Shown here piece after piece: positions 48,105-58,587 of a DNA stretch of 64,000 nucleotides. Source of the stretch: a virus. Taxonomy: Duplodnaviria; Heunggongvirae; Uroviricota; Caudoviricetes. The translations under genes were made by a program, and so were the position numbers. The stretch spans positions 1 to 64,000 of IMG/VR virus record IMGVR_UViG_2737471844_000002; one strand, 5' to 3'. The notes under the pieces are model-generated. The model ran no database searches, had not been told where the DNA came from, and saw nothing but the letters and a program-made list of their open reading frames with translations. The first letter of the stretch is position 1, and the number at the start of each line of letters is the position of its first letter.

Positions 48105-50305
48105 TGGAAAGGAACTTACTTTTAGGTAACGGTCATGTTCTGACAAAAAAGGAACCTTTGCCTAAAGGAAGGGATGGTAAGCGCTATCCCTATACTCTTG
48201 AAGAAGTAAGGGAGCATTTAAACCCAGAGATTGATACTTTACTCTCACGCTTTCGCAGTTTGGATGATGCGGCTAAGCCAAGGGGGGAGAGTGTATTCAA
48301 TTTAACTTTACACCCAGCGTTTTTGGGTAAAAGCTACTTTCCGGAAGGATTGCTTAGAGCGACAGGTTTACGGGATGTCGGTAGCCGTCAGGTAATCATT
48401 CGCCCACGGAAAGCGGCACGTCAGTGCGATCAGAATAAGGACTTAGTAACGGCGCAACTGTTTGTTAGCGGTGATGATGATGCCGTTATAAGATTTAAGG
48501 AAATTTTAAATTCCCCTACAGCTCCGAAGGGCGTACAAAAGGATTTGATCGAAATTGAAAGTGTTAGCTTTTTTGAAGGAAAAGAGAGAGCACGCAATTT
48601 TGAGCATGCGAAAAGTGATTTGATAAAATTTGAAGTGGTTCTTCATGCTGGGGTTGAAGACGATGATATCGTTAAAGCCTATATTAGCTATGCGGCACAA
48701 TATGATGTCTCTGTTGATTACAAAAGTAGAATCCAAGTTGGTGGGCTGACTTTCATCGTTGCACACGCGCGACCTGAAGATATGAAAAAAACACTCGATT
48801 TTTCATTAATCCGCGTTGTGCGGCCGATGCCGTCTCTCAGGTGTACTCAGCCGAACATTGTCAGAAAGTTATCTAATATAGTTACACCGGAGCTCCCTAA
48901 TTCTAAAGCTGTTCTTGAATCCGAACGTATTGCCATTTTTGATGGTGGCTTGGGGACAGCTGACTTGAGTAATTGGGTTACGGAATACGTGTATCCAGAC
49001 ACCAAAGAAACAAGCGGATTATTATTGCAGCACGGTAATGAAGTGACATCCACTTTCTTATTCGGACGTGTCGAGGAAAATGCACCTTCTTTTAAAAGAC
49101 CGTTTATGAATGTAGATCATTATAGAGTTCTTTCACCGACATCAGGTGACAATGGCAATTGGGATTTATTTGATGTCCTTAAGAAAATACAGTCCGTTCT
49201 TGATAGTGGTGACTATAAGTTCGCTAATCTAAGTATTGGTCCTCATCTTCCAATTGGTGATGATGAGGTTCATGTATGGACTGCTGTTTTAGACCAAATC
49301 TGTGCTAAGCATGGGATATTACTTACTGTTGCTGTTGGGAATGATGGCAATGAGGACGGTGATGCAGCGAGAATACAACCTCCTTCCGATATGGTAAACG
49401 CGCTAGCGATTGGTGCTGCTGATCGTAGCGGTGAAAAATGGGGGCGGGCACCATATAGCTGTATTGGGCCAGGCAGAAGCCCCGGATTCGTTAAACCTGA
49501 TGGTGTTATTTTTGGTGGAAGCGACGACGAGCCTTTTTACACTTACAACCCTCTGCTTGGTTCTATAGTTGGAGTTCAAGGAACCAGTTATGCCTCTCCA
49601 TTAGCATTGAGAACGGCCGCTGGAGTTGCGGCTCTATCAGGAACTCCATTGAACACCATTGCATTGAAAGCGTTGCTTGTTCATCATGCTGAAACATCAA
49701 GAAAATATTCGCGTGAACATATCGGTTGGGGACGGTTTAGTGAGGATCCTAACGTTTTAATCGATTGTCCAAATGATACTGCTACAGTAATTTACTATGG
49801 TTCATTAGCAAAAAATAAATATTTAAGGGCACCGATCCCATTCCCTGATGTTCCCTTTGACGAAGCATTTGAGCTTACCGCTACTTTATGCATTCAAACC
49901 CCAGTAGATCCTGAACATTCAGTAAACTATACAAGGGCCGGTATGCAGGTAACTTTCCGCCCAAGATTCGGCCTTGACGATACCGATACAGATGATTTCT
50001 TTGGTCAAAAAAGCCAGTATAAGACTGAAAGGGAGTGTAGGAGTGAAGGTCATAAATGGGAAACTTGTTTGCACAGAAGCAAAAAGTTCAGTGCTGATAC
50101 ATTATTAAGCGATCCAGTTTTTGATATACGGTATCATGCCCGAGATTCTTCGCGCCATGTTAAGGGAGTTTCAGCCCCTGATATGCAATATGCGATGGTA
50201 ATAAGCGTAAGGGTAAAAGACTTTGATTTATATAATGTTATTCGCCAGCGATATACAATTCTGAATCCTATTCAACTGCGCACACAAATTTCTCTCGACA
50301 CGTAA
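48101..50305 (+). CDS. S8 subtilisin-like serine peptidase (IetS-like)
   Basis: Asp IAIFDGG, His QHGNEVTS, Asn VAVGNDGNE, Ser GTSYASP; start overlaps the ATPase stop (ATGA); AT-rich. Confidence 0.85.
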   Translation: MMERNLLLGNGHVLTKKEPLPKGRDGKRYPYTLEEVREHLNPEIDTLLSRFRSLDDAAKPRGESVFNLTLHPAFLGKSYFPEGLLRATGLRDVGSRQVIIRPRKAARQCDQNKDLVTAQLFVSGDDDAVIRFKEILNSPTAPKGVQKDLIEIESVSFFEGKERARNFEHAKSDLIKFEVVLHAGVEDDDIVKAYISYAAQYDVSVDYKSRIQVGGLTFIVAHARPEDMKKTLDFSLIRVVRPMPSLRCTQPNIVRKLSNIVTPELPNSKAVLESERIAIFDGGLGTADLSNWVTEYVYPDTKETSGLLLQHGNEVTSTFLFGRVEENAPSFKRPFMNVDHYRVLSPTSGDNGNWDLFDVLKKIQSVLDSGDYKFANLSIGPHLPIGDDEVHVWTAVLDQICAKHGILLTVAVGNDGNEDGDAARIQPPSDMVNALAIGAADRSGEKWGRAPYSCIGPGRSPGFVKPDGVIFGGSDDEPFYTYNPLLGSIVGVQGTSYASPLALRTAAGVAALSGTPLNTIALKALLVHHAETSRKYSREHIGWGRFSEDPNVLIDCPNDTATVIYYGSLAKNKYLRAPIPFPDVPFDEAFELTATLCIQTPVDPEHSVNYTRAGMQVTFRPRFGLDDTDTDDFFGQKSQYKTERECRSEGHKWETCLHRSKKFSADTLLSDPVFDIRYHARDSSRHVKGVSAPDMQYAMVISVRVKDFDLYNVIRQRYTILNPIQLRTQISLDT

Positions 50306-50312
50306 TTTTTAT

Positions 50313-50334
50313 GGCCGCGAAAGCGGCCTTTTTT
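50313..50334 (+). terminator. Rho-independent terminator after the peptidase gene
   Basis: GGCCGCGAAAGCGGCC hairpin followed by TTTTTT. Confidence 0.7.
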
Positions 50335-50758
50335 CTGTAATTTTTTTATGAATTTACATGCACGATAGTGCACAAATTTGCACAATTTTTTTGAACGAAT
50401 TTTTGCCCTTCTGGCCCGCGTGGCGGCTGGATCCGTCAGGGATCCGTGCGTGCACAAAAAAACGCGCTTTTTCTGCGCGCAGGTGACGGGGGAACAGCCC
50501 GCGTTTCAGGGGGTAAATAGCATTCCCTGAACGATGTCGCAGCGACACAACAGAATGGCTGTATTTCTCACGCTGAACGTGAAAAAGGCGTGAGGGATTC
50601 TGATTTGATGGGGTGAAAGGTAAGGCCGTCAAAATCGCACTGAGGCGGCGAAGAACATGCAGTCAACGCGGTGGGATTGCGTAAAAGTCTGACCGCCGAT
50701 GATGGCAATAAGCAGAAAAGCGTCGTGAAATTATCTGATTGATACAGGAGCTGGAGAG

Positions 50759-50787
50759 CCGGGGCATAAATTTTTTATGCCCCGGCG
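50759..50787. terminator. Strong 13-bp-stem hairpin between the cargo region and gene Q
   Basis: GCCGGGGCATAAA-TTT-TTTATGCCCCGGC. Confidence 0.35.
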
Positions 50788-50810
50788 AAGCAGCAGACAA
50801 GCGAAGCGCG

Positions 50811-51857
50811 TCAGGATGTGGGCTGGGTATCTAACAGTGCGTAAGGGTTAAAGCGGATCACCTCTTCGCCAAGCCAGTCATTGATGTGCTTCATGGCCTC
50901 CATGACGGGCATCAGCTCGTTAATTGCGTAAACCCGCGCGGCCTTCTCCACATCACCAAACGCACTTTTTTCACCCGGCATCGCCCCCATCAGTTGCGGC
51001 GGAACGCGGTGCGCAGCCAGCACATCATCACGGGATGCCGCCTTAACATTCATGAACTCATCCTTTGCGGTGATCTGCTGGAACGGCAAAATTTGCACAC
51101 CTTCTTTGCCACCGTTGGGCGCATGAATGAGCACGTTTTTAAATGCACCACCACCACGCGCACCCTGTAACGTTTCTTTCAGGGAGTCCATGCTTTCGCG
51201 GTTTACCTGCGCTGCACCGATGTAGATGATGCACCCGGCGTGGGATCCGTTGTCGTAATACAGTTTTCTGAACATGTCCGCCGAATGAGACAGGCTGGCC
51301 GAGAGTAATGCGCCGAGATATTCCGGCATGCCGTAGATTTCCTGGTTAATGTCAGGATTCATCAGGTGGCACACTTTGCCAGGGCGAAACTGAAACGCAT
51401 CCTTGCCATCCTGCACATACCACCATGATTCAAGATCGCTTCCGCGTCGCATGTATTTCGCCAGGGCGTGCCGTAATTTAAGCGGTTCGCCGAGCATATT
51501 GCTTCGAAGCTCAAGGAATGCGTTACCGAACACAAACCAGTCCAGCGCCAGCGCCGAGAAATCCTGCCGGGAAAGCAGCGGGTGCGGAATATAGCAGCCG
51601 AGCAATACATTGCGCTTAAAGTAAAGCGCAGACTGATGCCAGGACGTTTGCCGGGCAGCTCTTGCCAGACCGTACCAGTCCACCGGGGTTTCATACCACC
51701 GCCCGTTATCAGCACAGTACATATTGTCCAGCAGGTCATGCCCGGTCAGGCGATAAGGACCATCAAATGTGAATGCACTGAGCGATGATTCTTTCCTGAG
51801 CGCATCAGCGAGATCAATGCGTGAACTCATGCGCACTTTTTTATTTTTTCTGCTCAT
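50811..51857 (-). CDS. Q: Portal protein (P2 Q-like)
   Basis: 348 aa, minus strand, adjacent to the large terminase, P2 order. Confidence 0.8.
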   Translation of the reverse strand: MSRKNKKVRMSSRIDLADALRKESSLSAFTFDGPYRLTGHDLLDNMYCADNGRWYETPVDWYGLARAARQTSWHQSALYFKRNVLLGCYIPHPLLSRQDFSALALDWFVFGNAFLELRSNMLGEPLKLRHALAKYMRRGSDLESWWYVQDGKDAFQFRPGKVCHLMNPDINQEIYGMPEYLGALLSASLSHSADMFRKLYYDNGSHAGCIIYIGAAQVNRESMDSLKETLQGARGGGAFKNVLIHAPNGGKEGVQILPFQQITAKDEFMNVKAASRDDVLAAHRVPPQLMGAMPGEKSAFGDVEKAARVYAINELMPVMEAMKHINDWLGEEVIRFNPYALLDTQPTS

Positions 51858-53608
51858 CAGAACTCCATAACCGTGAAACGCTCGTTTTCTCCTTCGCCGC
51901 CAATCGGTTCGTTAATGACAGCAAGCATGGTTGCCCACGCAAGGTCGCCGTGGCTGATCCCCCTCGCGCGGTCCGTTTCGTAAGTGATAAAGCCGCCCGG
52001 TGTTTTCACCTTACGCACGGCGTTAAAGGCCGCGACCAGCTCGCGTTCGGCGCGATCGTATTCCCAGCGCCCGGCACGCATTATTTGCAGCATTTTCAGT
52101 ACCAGCGACCGTTTTGATGACAGCGTGAAGGTGTACGGAATAGCAGCAGGGAAAAACCGTTTCACTATCTGATAAACAGCCTCCCCGTTCCCGCCCGTCA
52201 CATCAATGCCGATGTGTTCCACGTTGTAGCGACACGTGAACTCTTCAATGACTCTGGCCTGTTCTTCAAACTCCAGCCCCTGAACGCGTCGCGTCTCCAC
52301 CGTTCGAAAACGGCCACCAGGAACAGCCGGAGGAACCACCACGGACAAAGCGCCGCTGTCGCCGTTGCCACTGCTGCCGTTTGCGTCATACCCAATCCAT
52401 ACCGGACGATTCCCCATCGGGCGGGGAGCAAAAGGTTTCCAGTCTTTCCAGTCGTCGTATCCGTCAACACCGCAGCCAATCAGGATATTCAGGTTAAATG
52501 CCGATTCCCCTTCGCGGACAAACTCACACATATAGAGATTGAGGAACTCGTCTTCGGTGTTTTCATCACGAATTTCGTCGATATCGGTGTGTTTCCAGCC
52601 GTGATTAACCACATCTTCCAGCGTGACAATTTGCCGCCATGTCCGGTCAGGGCAGATAAGCCCGTTATGCAGCGTTTTCCAGTCCACAAAAAAACGCTGG
52701 CGTTTATGCGAGGCCTTTTTCTCGTTCCAGCGGTCGCCATTCCAGTAGGCGTATGCCTCGTGCGTTTCGGTGGATGGCGTGGAGAAGTAGGTGCGCCGCA
52801 GTCCGCTGAGGGTTGCCATAGCGCCAGCCACCTTGCGCAGTTCAGCAAAGCGACTGACCCAGAAAAATTCATCAAAATAAAAATTGCCCGTATAGGACTG
52901 TGCCGACGCAGCAGAAGTGCCGAGAAAATGCAGCTCTGCGCCGTTGGAGAGGATGATTTTATCGCCCCCTTTCAGCTCCACATCAACTTCAGCCGCGGCC
53001 TTCTGAATAATGCTTTTAAACTGGAACGCCTGACGACGCGACGCAGACAAAAAAATCTGGTTACGCTGGTAAGGTTGCGCCACATCGTCACGCAGCGCCA
53101 TCAGCAGCGCTTCCTGTGCAAAATACCAGGTCGCCCCAATCTGTCGGGATTTCAGGATCATCCTGTTACGTATCCCGGCTTCCCTGCAAAGGGTCAGGGA
53201 GTCAAACCAGCCCCGCTGATGCCACTCCAGCCTGCTGATGATTTTTTCCCGCAGTGCGGCAATCTGTTCCGGCGTGAAATGATTTTTGAGTTTTTTCGCC
53301 CGGCCTTTCTTTCCTGCGGCCATCACATCCGGCTGGCCATCATGCAGCTTTTTAAGCTGCCGGGTCAGCAGGTCTATTTCCTTAAAGTCACCGCCTGTTT
53401 TATTCTGTTTTTCAGTAAGCTGGATGAGGCGCGCATCGATGGACTGCGTGACACGCTGCACGGGTGGCGTTTCATCCCACTGGTCGCGTTTTTTCCACGC
53501 ATAAATCGTGTTCGGGTTTATTCCCATCAGACGTGATATTTCTGCGGGCGGATAACCCTGCCAGTAAAGTTGCCGCGCACGCTGGCGCACAAAAGCGTCC
53601 TGAATCAT
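51857..53608 (-). CDS. P: Terminase large (ATPase) subunit (P2 P-like)
   Basis: 583 aa, minus strand, divergent from the capsid operon. Confidence 0.85.
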   Translation of the reverse strand: MIQDAFVRQRARQLYWQGYPPAEISRLMGINPNTIYAWKKRDQWDETPPVQRVTQSIDARLIQLTEKQNKTGGDFKEIDLLTRQLKKLHDGQPDVMAAGKKGRAKKLKNHFTPEQIAALREKIISRLEWHQRGWFDSLTLCREAGIRNRMILKSRQIGATWYFAQEALLMALRDDVAQPYQRNQIFLSASRRQAFQFKSIIQKAAAEVDVELKGGDKIILSNGAELHFLGTSAASAQSYTGNFYFDEFFWVSRFAELRKVAGAMATLSGLRRTYFSTPSTETHEAYAYWNGDRWNEKKASHKRQRFFVDWKTLHNGLICPDRTWRQIVTLEDVVNHGWKHTDIDEIRDENTEDEFLNLYMCEFVREGESAFNLNILIGCGVDGYDDWKDWKPFAPRPMGNRPVWIGYDANGSSGNGDSGALSVVVPPAVPGGRFRTVETRRVQGLEFEEQARVIEEFTCRYNVEHIGIDVTGGNGEAVYQIVKRFFPAAIPYTFTLSSKRSLVLKMLQIMRAGRWEYDRAERELVAAFNAVRKVKTPGGFITYETDRARGISHGDLAWATMLAVINEPIGGEGENERFTVMEF

Positions 53609-53762
53609 TGCTCCCCCTGAGTCATTACAGGAAGATTACCCGCGCGCGAAACCGTTCTCCTTAACCCCCTGTTCTGGCCGTTTTCTTACAACAAAAGCCC
53701 TTTGTATCAGCCTGTTACGCTTTGCCATCATGACTGAAGAACCAGTCAGAGGGGCAAAAACT

Positions 53763-54599
53763 ATGGCTAATGAAAAAAAGACATCCCGCAAAAAGTTTCG
53801 CGTGGCTGTCTCCGGATCAACTGTTGATGGCCGCGAAATCAGCCCGGTACATCTGCGTGAAGCCGCCGAGAACTTCAACCCGGATGTTTACGCTGCCCGC
53901 GTGAACGTTGAGCACTATCTCTCGCCATGCCCGTCAAGCGAATTTTCCGCAATGGGCGATGTCACCGCGCTGAGTACGGAAGATATTACGGAAGGCCCGC
54001 TGGCCGGACGTACTGCGCTGTATGCAGAAATCGAACCGACCGAGCGCATGAAGCAGCTTGTCGCTGACGGCAAGAAAATCTATTCCAGTATCGAACTGCA
54101 CCCGCAGTTCTCCGTTAACGGGCGCGCCTATCTGGTCGGGCTGGCGATGACCGACACCCCGGCAAGCCTGGGCACTGAGCGCCTGAAATTTACGGCACAG
54201 CAACGTCAGGCGGTGATGACGTTCAACAGTGTCCAGGGTGAAGCACCGCTTATCTCCGAAGCCATCGAGTCTGAAATCATCGAAATGGCAGAACAACGCC
54301 AGGAAGAAGGCACCCAGTGGTTTAACCGCGTAATGGGGATTATTGGTCGTGGCCGCAAAGCGGATGGCGCCAGTTTCTCCCGTATTCAGGAAGCGGTGGA
54401 AGGTGTCGCAACGTCACAGGCCGACATTATCGACCGTTTTAATGTGCTGGAAACCCGCCATCAGCAGGACAGCCAGAAAATCACTTTACTGACCACAGAG
54501 CTGGCAGCACTGAAGGAAAAACTGCGCACGCAGGACGGCGATCCGCAGAACCGGTTCACCGCAACAGGTGCAGCCTCCGACCAGCTGGCTGACTTCTGA
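53763..54599 (+). CDS. O: Capsid scaffolding protein (P2 O-like)
   Basis: Position before the major capsid gene; start trimmed to MANEKK. Confidence 0.7.
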   Translation: MANEKKTSRKKFRVAVSGSTVDGREISPVHLREAAENFNPDVYAARVNVEHYLSPCPSSEFSAMGDVTALSTEDITEGPLAGRTALYAEIEPTERMKQLVADGKKIYSSIELHPQFSVNGRAYLVGLAMTDTPASLGTERLKFTAQQRQAVMTFNSVQGEAPLISEAIESEIIEMAEQRQEEGTQWFNRVMGIIGRGRKADGASFSRIQEAVEGVATSQADIIDRFNVLETRHQQDSQKITLLTTELAALKEKLRTQDGDPQNRFTATGAASDQLADF

Positions 54600-54622
54600 T
54601 AAGACAAAGGAGCAAATTTTTT

Positions 54623-55675
54623 ATGAATCTGGTGATGTCAGATATTACCCGCAACAAGCTGGGTTGCTATATGGCGCAGCAGGCGTCGCTTAATAATATC
54701 CCGGTTTCCGCACTGGTATCGCGATTTACCGTAGAACCCTCGGTGCAGCAGCGTTTTGAAAACGCCTCAAAGGAAAGTACCGAATTTACGAAAAGAATTA
54801 ACGTGATCGGCGTGACCGACCAGAAAGGCGAAAAAATCCTCCCGGATACCACAGGACCGATTGCGCGCACGAATACCAGTTATGACGGCACAAAACGCCG
54901 TAACCCGAATAACGTGGTTGATCTGAAAAACCGCAAATACCAGTGCGAACAGGTGAACTACGACACGTTTATTTCGTATCCGCAGCTTGATGCCTGGTCG
55001 GCACACCCTGATTTTCAGTCCCGCATCAGCGCACAGATTGCCCGACAGGTGGCACTTGACCGCATCATGATCGGTTTCAACGGCACGTCTCACGCGGATG
55101 AGTCCAACTTCAGCACCAACAAGTTGCTTCAGGACGTTAACGTGGGGTGGCTGGAGCACATCAGAACCGACGCCAGCGAACGCGTTATGAATGACGTGAC
55201 GCTGACCTCCCGTAACATGGACAACACCGTGGCGCACGCGGGTAAGTATGCGAACGCTGATGCACTGGTACAGGACGCGCGCTCATCCCTGCTGGATGAA
55301 TGGCACAAGGAAGCTGACGACCTCGTGGTGATTATGGGGCGCAACCTGTTTAACTCGCTGCGTCTGCCCGTGCTGAACAGCATCAGCGGCCAGAATCCCA
55401 ATGCGGAATTACTTGCCGGGCAGCTCATTCTGTCATCGCGCACCATTGGCGGTCTGGGCGTGTTCCTTGCGCCGTTCTTCCCGGATTCAACGATGCTGAT
55501 CACCTCGTTCAACAACCTGTCGATTTACTGGCAGAAAGGTTCAATGCGTCGTCTGATGAAAGATGAACCGGAATACAACCGCATCGCCACCTACCAGTCC
55601 ATCAATGACGCTTATGTCGTTGAAGACTATGGCAAGTGCGCGATGGTCACTGGCCTGAAGTTCGCCGACAGCTAA
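54623..55675 (+). CDS. N: Major capsid protein (P2 N-like)
   Basis: 350 aa after the scaffold gene. Confidence 0.8.
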   Translation: MNLVMSDITRNKLGCYMAQQASLNNIPVSALVSRFTVEPSVQQRFENASKESTEFTKRINVIGVTDQKGEKILPDTTGPIARTNTSYDGTKRRNPNNVVDLKNRKYQCEQVNYDTFISYPQLDAWSAHPDFQSRISAQIARQVALDRIMIGFNGTSHADESNFSTNKLLQDVNVGWLEHIRTDASERVMNDVTLTSRNMDNTVAHAGKYANADALVQDARSSLLDEWHKEADDLVVIMGRNLFNSLRLPVLNSISGQNPNAELLAGQLILSSRTIGGLGVFLAPFFPDSTMLITSFNNLSIYWQKGSMRRLMKDEPEYNRIATYQSINDAYVVEDYGKCAMVTGLKFADS

Positions 55676-55720
55676 TCAACTCACGGCGGGCATCATGCCC
55701 GCCTGTAACGGAGAGAAAAA

Positions 55721-56521
55721 ATGATTACTCCTGCACAGCAACACTGGCAGAACGTGATGGCACAGCGCGCAGGCCGGGCGAATGAAGGCGTGGACCACGC
55801 CGCGCGTACCGCGCATGAAGAGGTGCTGTATCGTCTGCGTCTGGCACAGGCCCGGCTTAAGGGCGTACAGGCCAGAAGCGCCAAAGCCGCCATCAAAAAA
55901 GAGTTGTTGCCGGACTTTTCCGGCTGGATTGAGGGAACACTGGAGGCTGACGGCGGGCAGCAGGATGAAGTGATTGCCACGCTGATGGTGTGGGCGATTG
56001 ACTGCGGCGATCTTCCGCTGGCGCTGCGTATTGGTGCATATGTGGTCCGTCACAACCTCATCATGCCGGATAACTTTGGACGTACTGCTGCTACGGTACT
56101 GACCGAAGAAATCTGCAACCCGGTACTGACGCAGGCCGGGACGGATGCCGACGCGGATTTGTCCGCCTTTATCGAACCACTGGATACCCTCCGGGAGATT
56201 GTCGCCGACCAGGACATGCCGGACGAAGTGCGCGCCAAATTATGCAAGGCGTGCGCCTTTGCCCGCCGTGGCCTGACCGATGCGGACAGCATGGCCTCAT
56301 CACTGAAGCTGCTGCGCGAAGCGATGCACCTGAACCCGAACGCAGGTGTGAAACGCGAGATTGCAACCCTTTCCCGCGCTCTGAAAAAAGCCGATTCCGC
56401 AGCCGCACCAGAAGATGCCAGCACACCGCAGGCGCAGGACGAAAGCAGCAAAAGTAAAAAGACAACGCGGAAGCCTGCAACACGAAAAACCACCGCGACG
56501 CAGAAGGCGAAGCGCGGTTAA
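55721..56521 (+). CDS. M: Terminase small/endonuclease subunit (P2 M-like)
   Basis: Position after the capsid gene. Confidence 0.7.
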   Translation: MITPAQQHWQNVMAQRAGRANEGVDHAARTAHEEVLYRLRLAQARLKGVQARSAKAAIKKELLPDFSGWIEGTLEADGGQQDEVIATLMVWAIDCGDLPLALRIGAYVVRHNLIMPDNFGRTAATVLTEEICNPVLTQAGTDADADLSAFIEPLDTLREIVADQDMPDEVRAKLCKACAFARRGLTDADSMASSLKLLREAMHLNPNAGVKREIATLSRALKKADSAAAPEDASTPQAQDESSKSKKTTRKPATRKTTATQKAKRG

Positions 56522-56613
56522 CGACTGACCCCGTCAGCGGGCGGCGTGCGCGGTGTTCCGGTTTGACTCCGTGACCGTTTACACCGCGCACCCACCGCCC
56601 GATTTTTTCAGGA

Positions 56614-57117
56614 GTGAACCCCATGAGTATGGTTGCCAGAACCAACCCCGGACCCGCAGAGGACGACATCACCGATACCGATGATGGTGATACCAGTATT
56701 TCAGCGGGTGCATTCTGGCCGGATATTGTGCTGCGTGAGCTGCGTCTGGCGGTACGACTGCCGGGGCGCGTGACCACCTCCCGCCTGCTGCATACCGCCA
56801 CCGGAGCTGTGGCACACGTTACCCGCGAGCTGGAAGCATGGCAGCAGGAACAGCAGGCGGCTGGCCATCAGACGCTGGCCGATGTTCCGGCACCCGTAAT
56901 TAACGGAGAAAGCGTCAATCTCTGGCACTGGCGCAATGCTGTTTATACCGCCACGCGCGCCCTGATTCTGGAGCGTTATCGTGATGCAGACACAACGGAC
57001 AAGGGCGACCGCCGGGCGGACGCACTGGATATACAGACATCGGATTTGTGGCGTGATGTGAGCTGGGCCATCTCTGACATTCTGTGCCGCCCGCGAATCT
57101 TTGCGGAGTTGTGCTGA
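56614..57117 (+). CDS. L: Head completion protein (P2 L-like)
   Basis: Position. Confidence 0.6.
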   Translation: MNPMSMVARTNPGPAEDDITDTDDGDTSISAGAFWPDIVLRELRLAVRLPGRVTTSRLLHTATGAVAHVTRELEAWQQEQQAAGHQTLADVPAPVINGESVNLWHWRNAVYTATRALILERYRDADTTDKGDRRADALDIQTSDLWRDVSWAISDILCRPRIFAELC

Positions 57118-57317
57118 TGAAAGTGAAGGCACTGGAAGGCGACACCGTGGATTCGCTCTGTTTCCGGTACTACGGCACGACGCAGGGCGTCACCGAAAAG
57201 GTGCTGGATGCTAACCCCGGACTCTGTCAGCAGGTATTTCTGGACGCCGGGCAGGACGTGGAGATGCCGGAGCCGGAGAAGAAGAAACGAGAAATGATTC
57301 AGTTGTGGGGGGAGTAG
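57117..57317 (+). CDS. X: Tail protein X-like (LysM-like)
   Basis: 67 aa, ATG overlapping the L stop. Confidence 0.55.
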   Translation: MKVKALEGDTVDSLCFRYYGTTQGVTEKVLDANPGLCQQVFLDAGQDVEMPEPEKKKREMIQLWGE

Positions 57318-57319
57318 CA

Positions 57320-57643
57320 GTGAGCACCATTCAAACAGGGATCACAGAGCAGGTTATTGCGTGGCTCTTTGACCACCTGCCAACGGTGTATGCAGTAGGC
57401 GCGGCAGTCAGCATTTCCGCGCTGATGAGTCTTTATGACGGACGAACACTGGTTCAGACCGTAACGGGATCGCTGGCGTGCGGCGTTCTTGCCATGGCCG
57501 TGGCCGGGTCGTTGCGCTTCTTCGGGTTTCCTGAAGATGCTGTGACGTTTATCGGCGCATCAATCGGTTTTATGGGGGCAGAGAAAGCACGCGACAAGGT
57601 TATTGCGGCCTTTAATCGCAGGGTGAAGGAGAAGGACGAATGA
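57320..57643 (+). CDS. Holin candidate
   Basis: Hydrophobic helices; upstream of the endolysin; GTG start. Confidence 0.5.
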   Translation: MSTIQTGITEQVIAWLFDHLPTVYAVGAAVSISALMSLYDGRTLVQTVTGSLACGVLAMAVAGSLRFFGFPEDAVTFIGASIGFMGAEKARDKVIAAFNRRVKEKDE

Positions 57644-58032
57644 GCAACACATTTAAATTCAGCAGCCGGAGCGAAAATAATTTGCAGGGCGTAAATCCTG
57701 ATCTGGTGAAAGTGACCCGGCGGGCACTGGAAATCTCGGAAGTGGATTTTGGTATCACCGAAGGGTTGCGCAGCCGTTACCGCCAGAAGCAACTGGTGGC
57801 CACGGGTAAGAGCCAGACCATGAACAGCCGCCACCTTACGGGTCATGCCGTGGATGTTGTGGCTTATATCGGCAGCCAGGTGTCATGGGAATGGCCGCTG
57901 TACGAAAAAATCGCAACCGCATTCAGACAGGCCAGCCGGGAACTGAATATTCCGGTGGAATGGGGCGGCGACTGGAAGACCCTGAAAGACGGACCGCATT
58001 TTCAGTTACCACACGGAGCCTATCCGGCATGA
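57640..58032 (+). CDS. Endolysin, M15-family peptidase type
   Basis: SRHLTGHAVDVV and DGPHFQL motifs consistent with a zinc D-Ala-D-Ala carboxypeptidase-like fold. Confidence 0.65.
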   Translation: MSNTFKFSSRSENNLQGVNPDLVKVTRRALEISEVDFGITEGLRSRYRQKQLVATGKSQTMNSRHLTGHAVDVVAYIGSQVSWEWPLYEKIATAFRQASRELNIPVEWGGDWKTLKDGPHFQLPHGAYPA

Positions 58033-58436
58033 AGCTCTGGCCCACGCTTGGCGTCGCTTTCCTTCTGATTGCCGCATGGGGAACATCCATGCGTCTGTCG
58101 TGGTCGCTGGGCCGGGAGAACGCCAGAAACGAAGCGCAGGCCAGCACCCTGAAAAGTACCGTCGACACCCTGAATATCATCAGCACCGGGGTACAGGATA
58201 TGCAGCAGGTGCTGGCGCAACTCCGCGTGGAAAATCAGCAACGCAATCAGGACGGAGAAGCCAGACGTGAACAGCTACGCAACGATATTGCAAAAGATGA
58301 ATGCGCCCACGCTTTGCCTGACGCTCGTTTTACTGACAGGTTGCGCAGGCACGCAGAACGCGCCACGGCCAGCGCCGTCAGTCCGGCTTATACCGCAGAC
58401 GCTGACCATACCGGTAACGCCTCCCCCCTTCCCTGA
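58029..58436 (+). CDS. i-spanin (LysB/Rz-like) candidate
   Basis: N-terminal TM helix then coiled coil; position after the endolysin. Confidence 0.45.
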   Translation: MKLWPTLGVAFLLIAAWGTSMRLSWSLGRENARNEAQASTLKSTVDTLNIISTGVQDMQQVLAQLRVENQQRNQDGEARREQLRNDIAKDECAHALPDARFTDRLRRHAERATASAVSPAYTADADHTGNASPLP

Positions 58437-58587
58437 TACTCCCACATGGGGAAATCTCGGTATATGGGGCGACCGCCTTCTGGATGCACTGGAAACCTGT
58501 AACGCGGATAAACGGGCCATTGAATTACTGGAACAGCGCAGGCTGCAACGACTGAACAACGAGGATAACAACCATGCTGAAAACTGA
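58297..58587 (+). CDS. o-spanin lipoprotein (LysC/Rz1-like) candidate
   Basis: Lipobox LLTGC; overlaps the 3-prime end of the i-spanin gene in another frame. Confidence 0.45.
   Translation: MNAPTLCLTLVLLTGCAGTQNAPRPAPSVRLIPQTLTIPVTPPPFPDTPTWGNLGIWGDRLLDALETCNADKRAIELLEQRRLQRLNNEDNNHAEN

Noticed and set aside
52214-53536. 440-aa plus-strand ORF
   Set aside because: Lies entirely antisense within the P2-like large terminase gene, which has the clear gene-like sequence.
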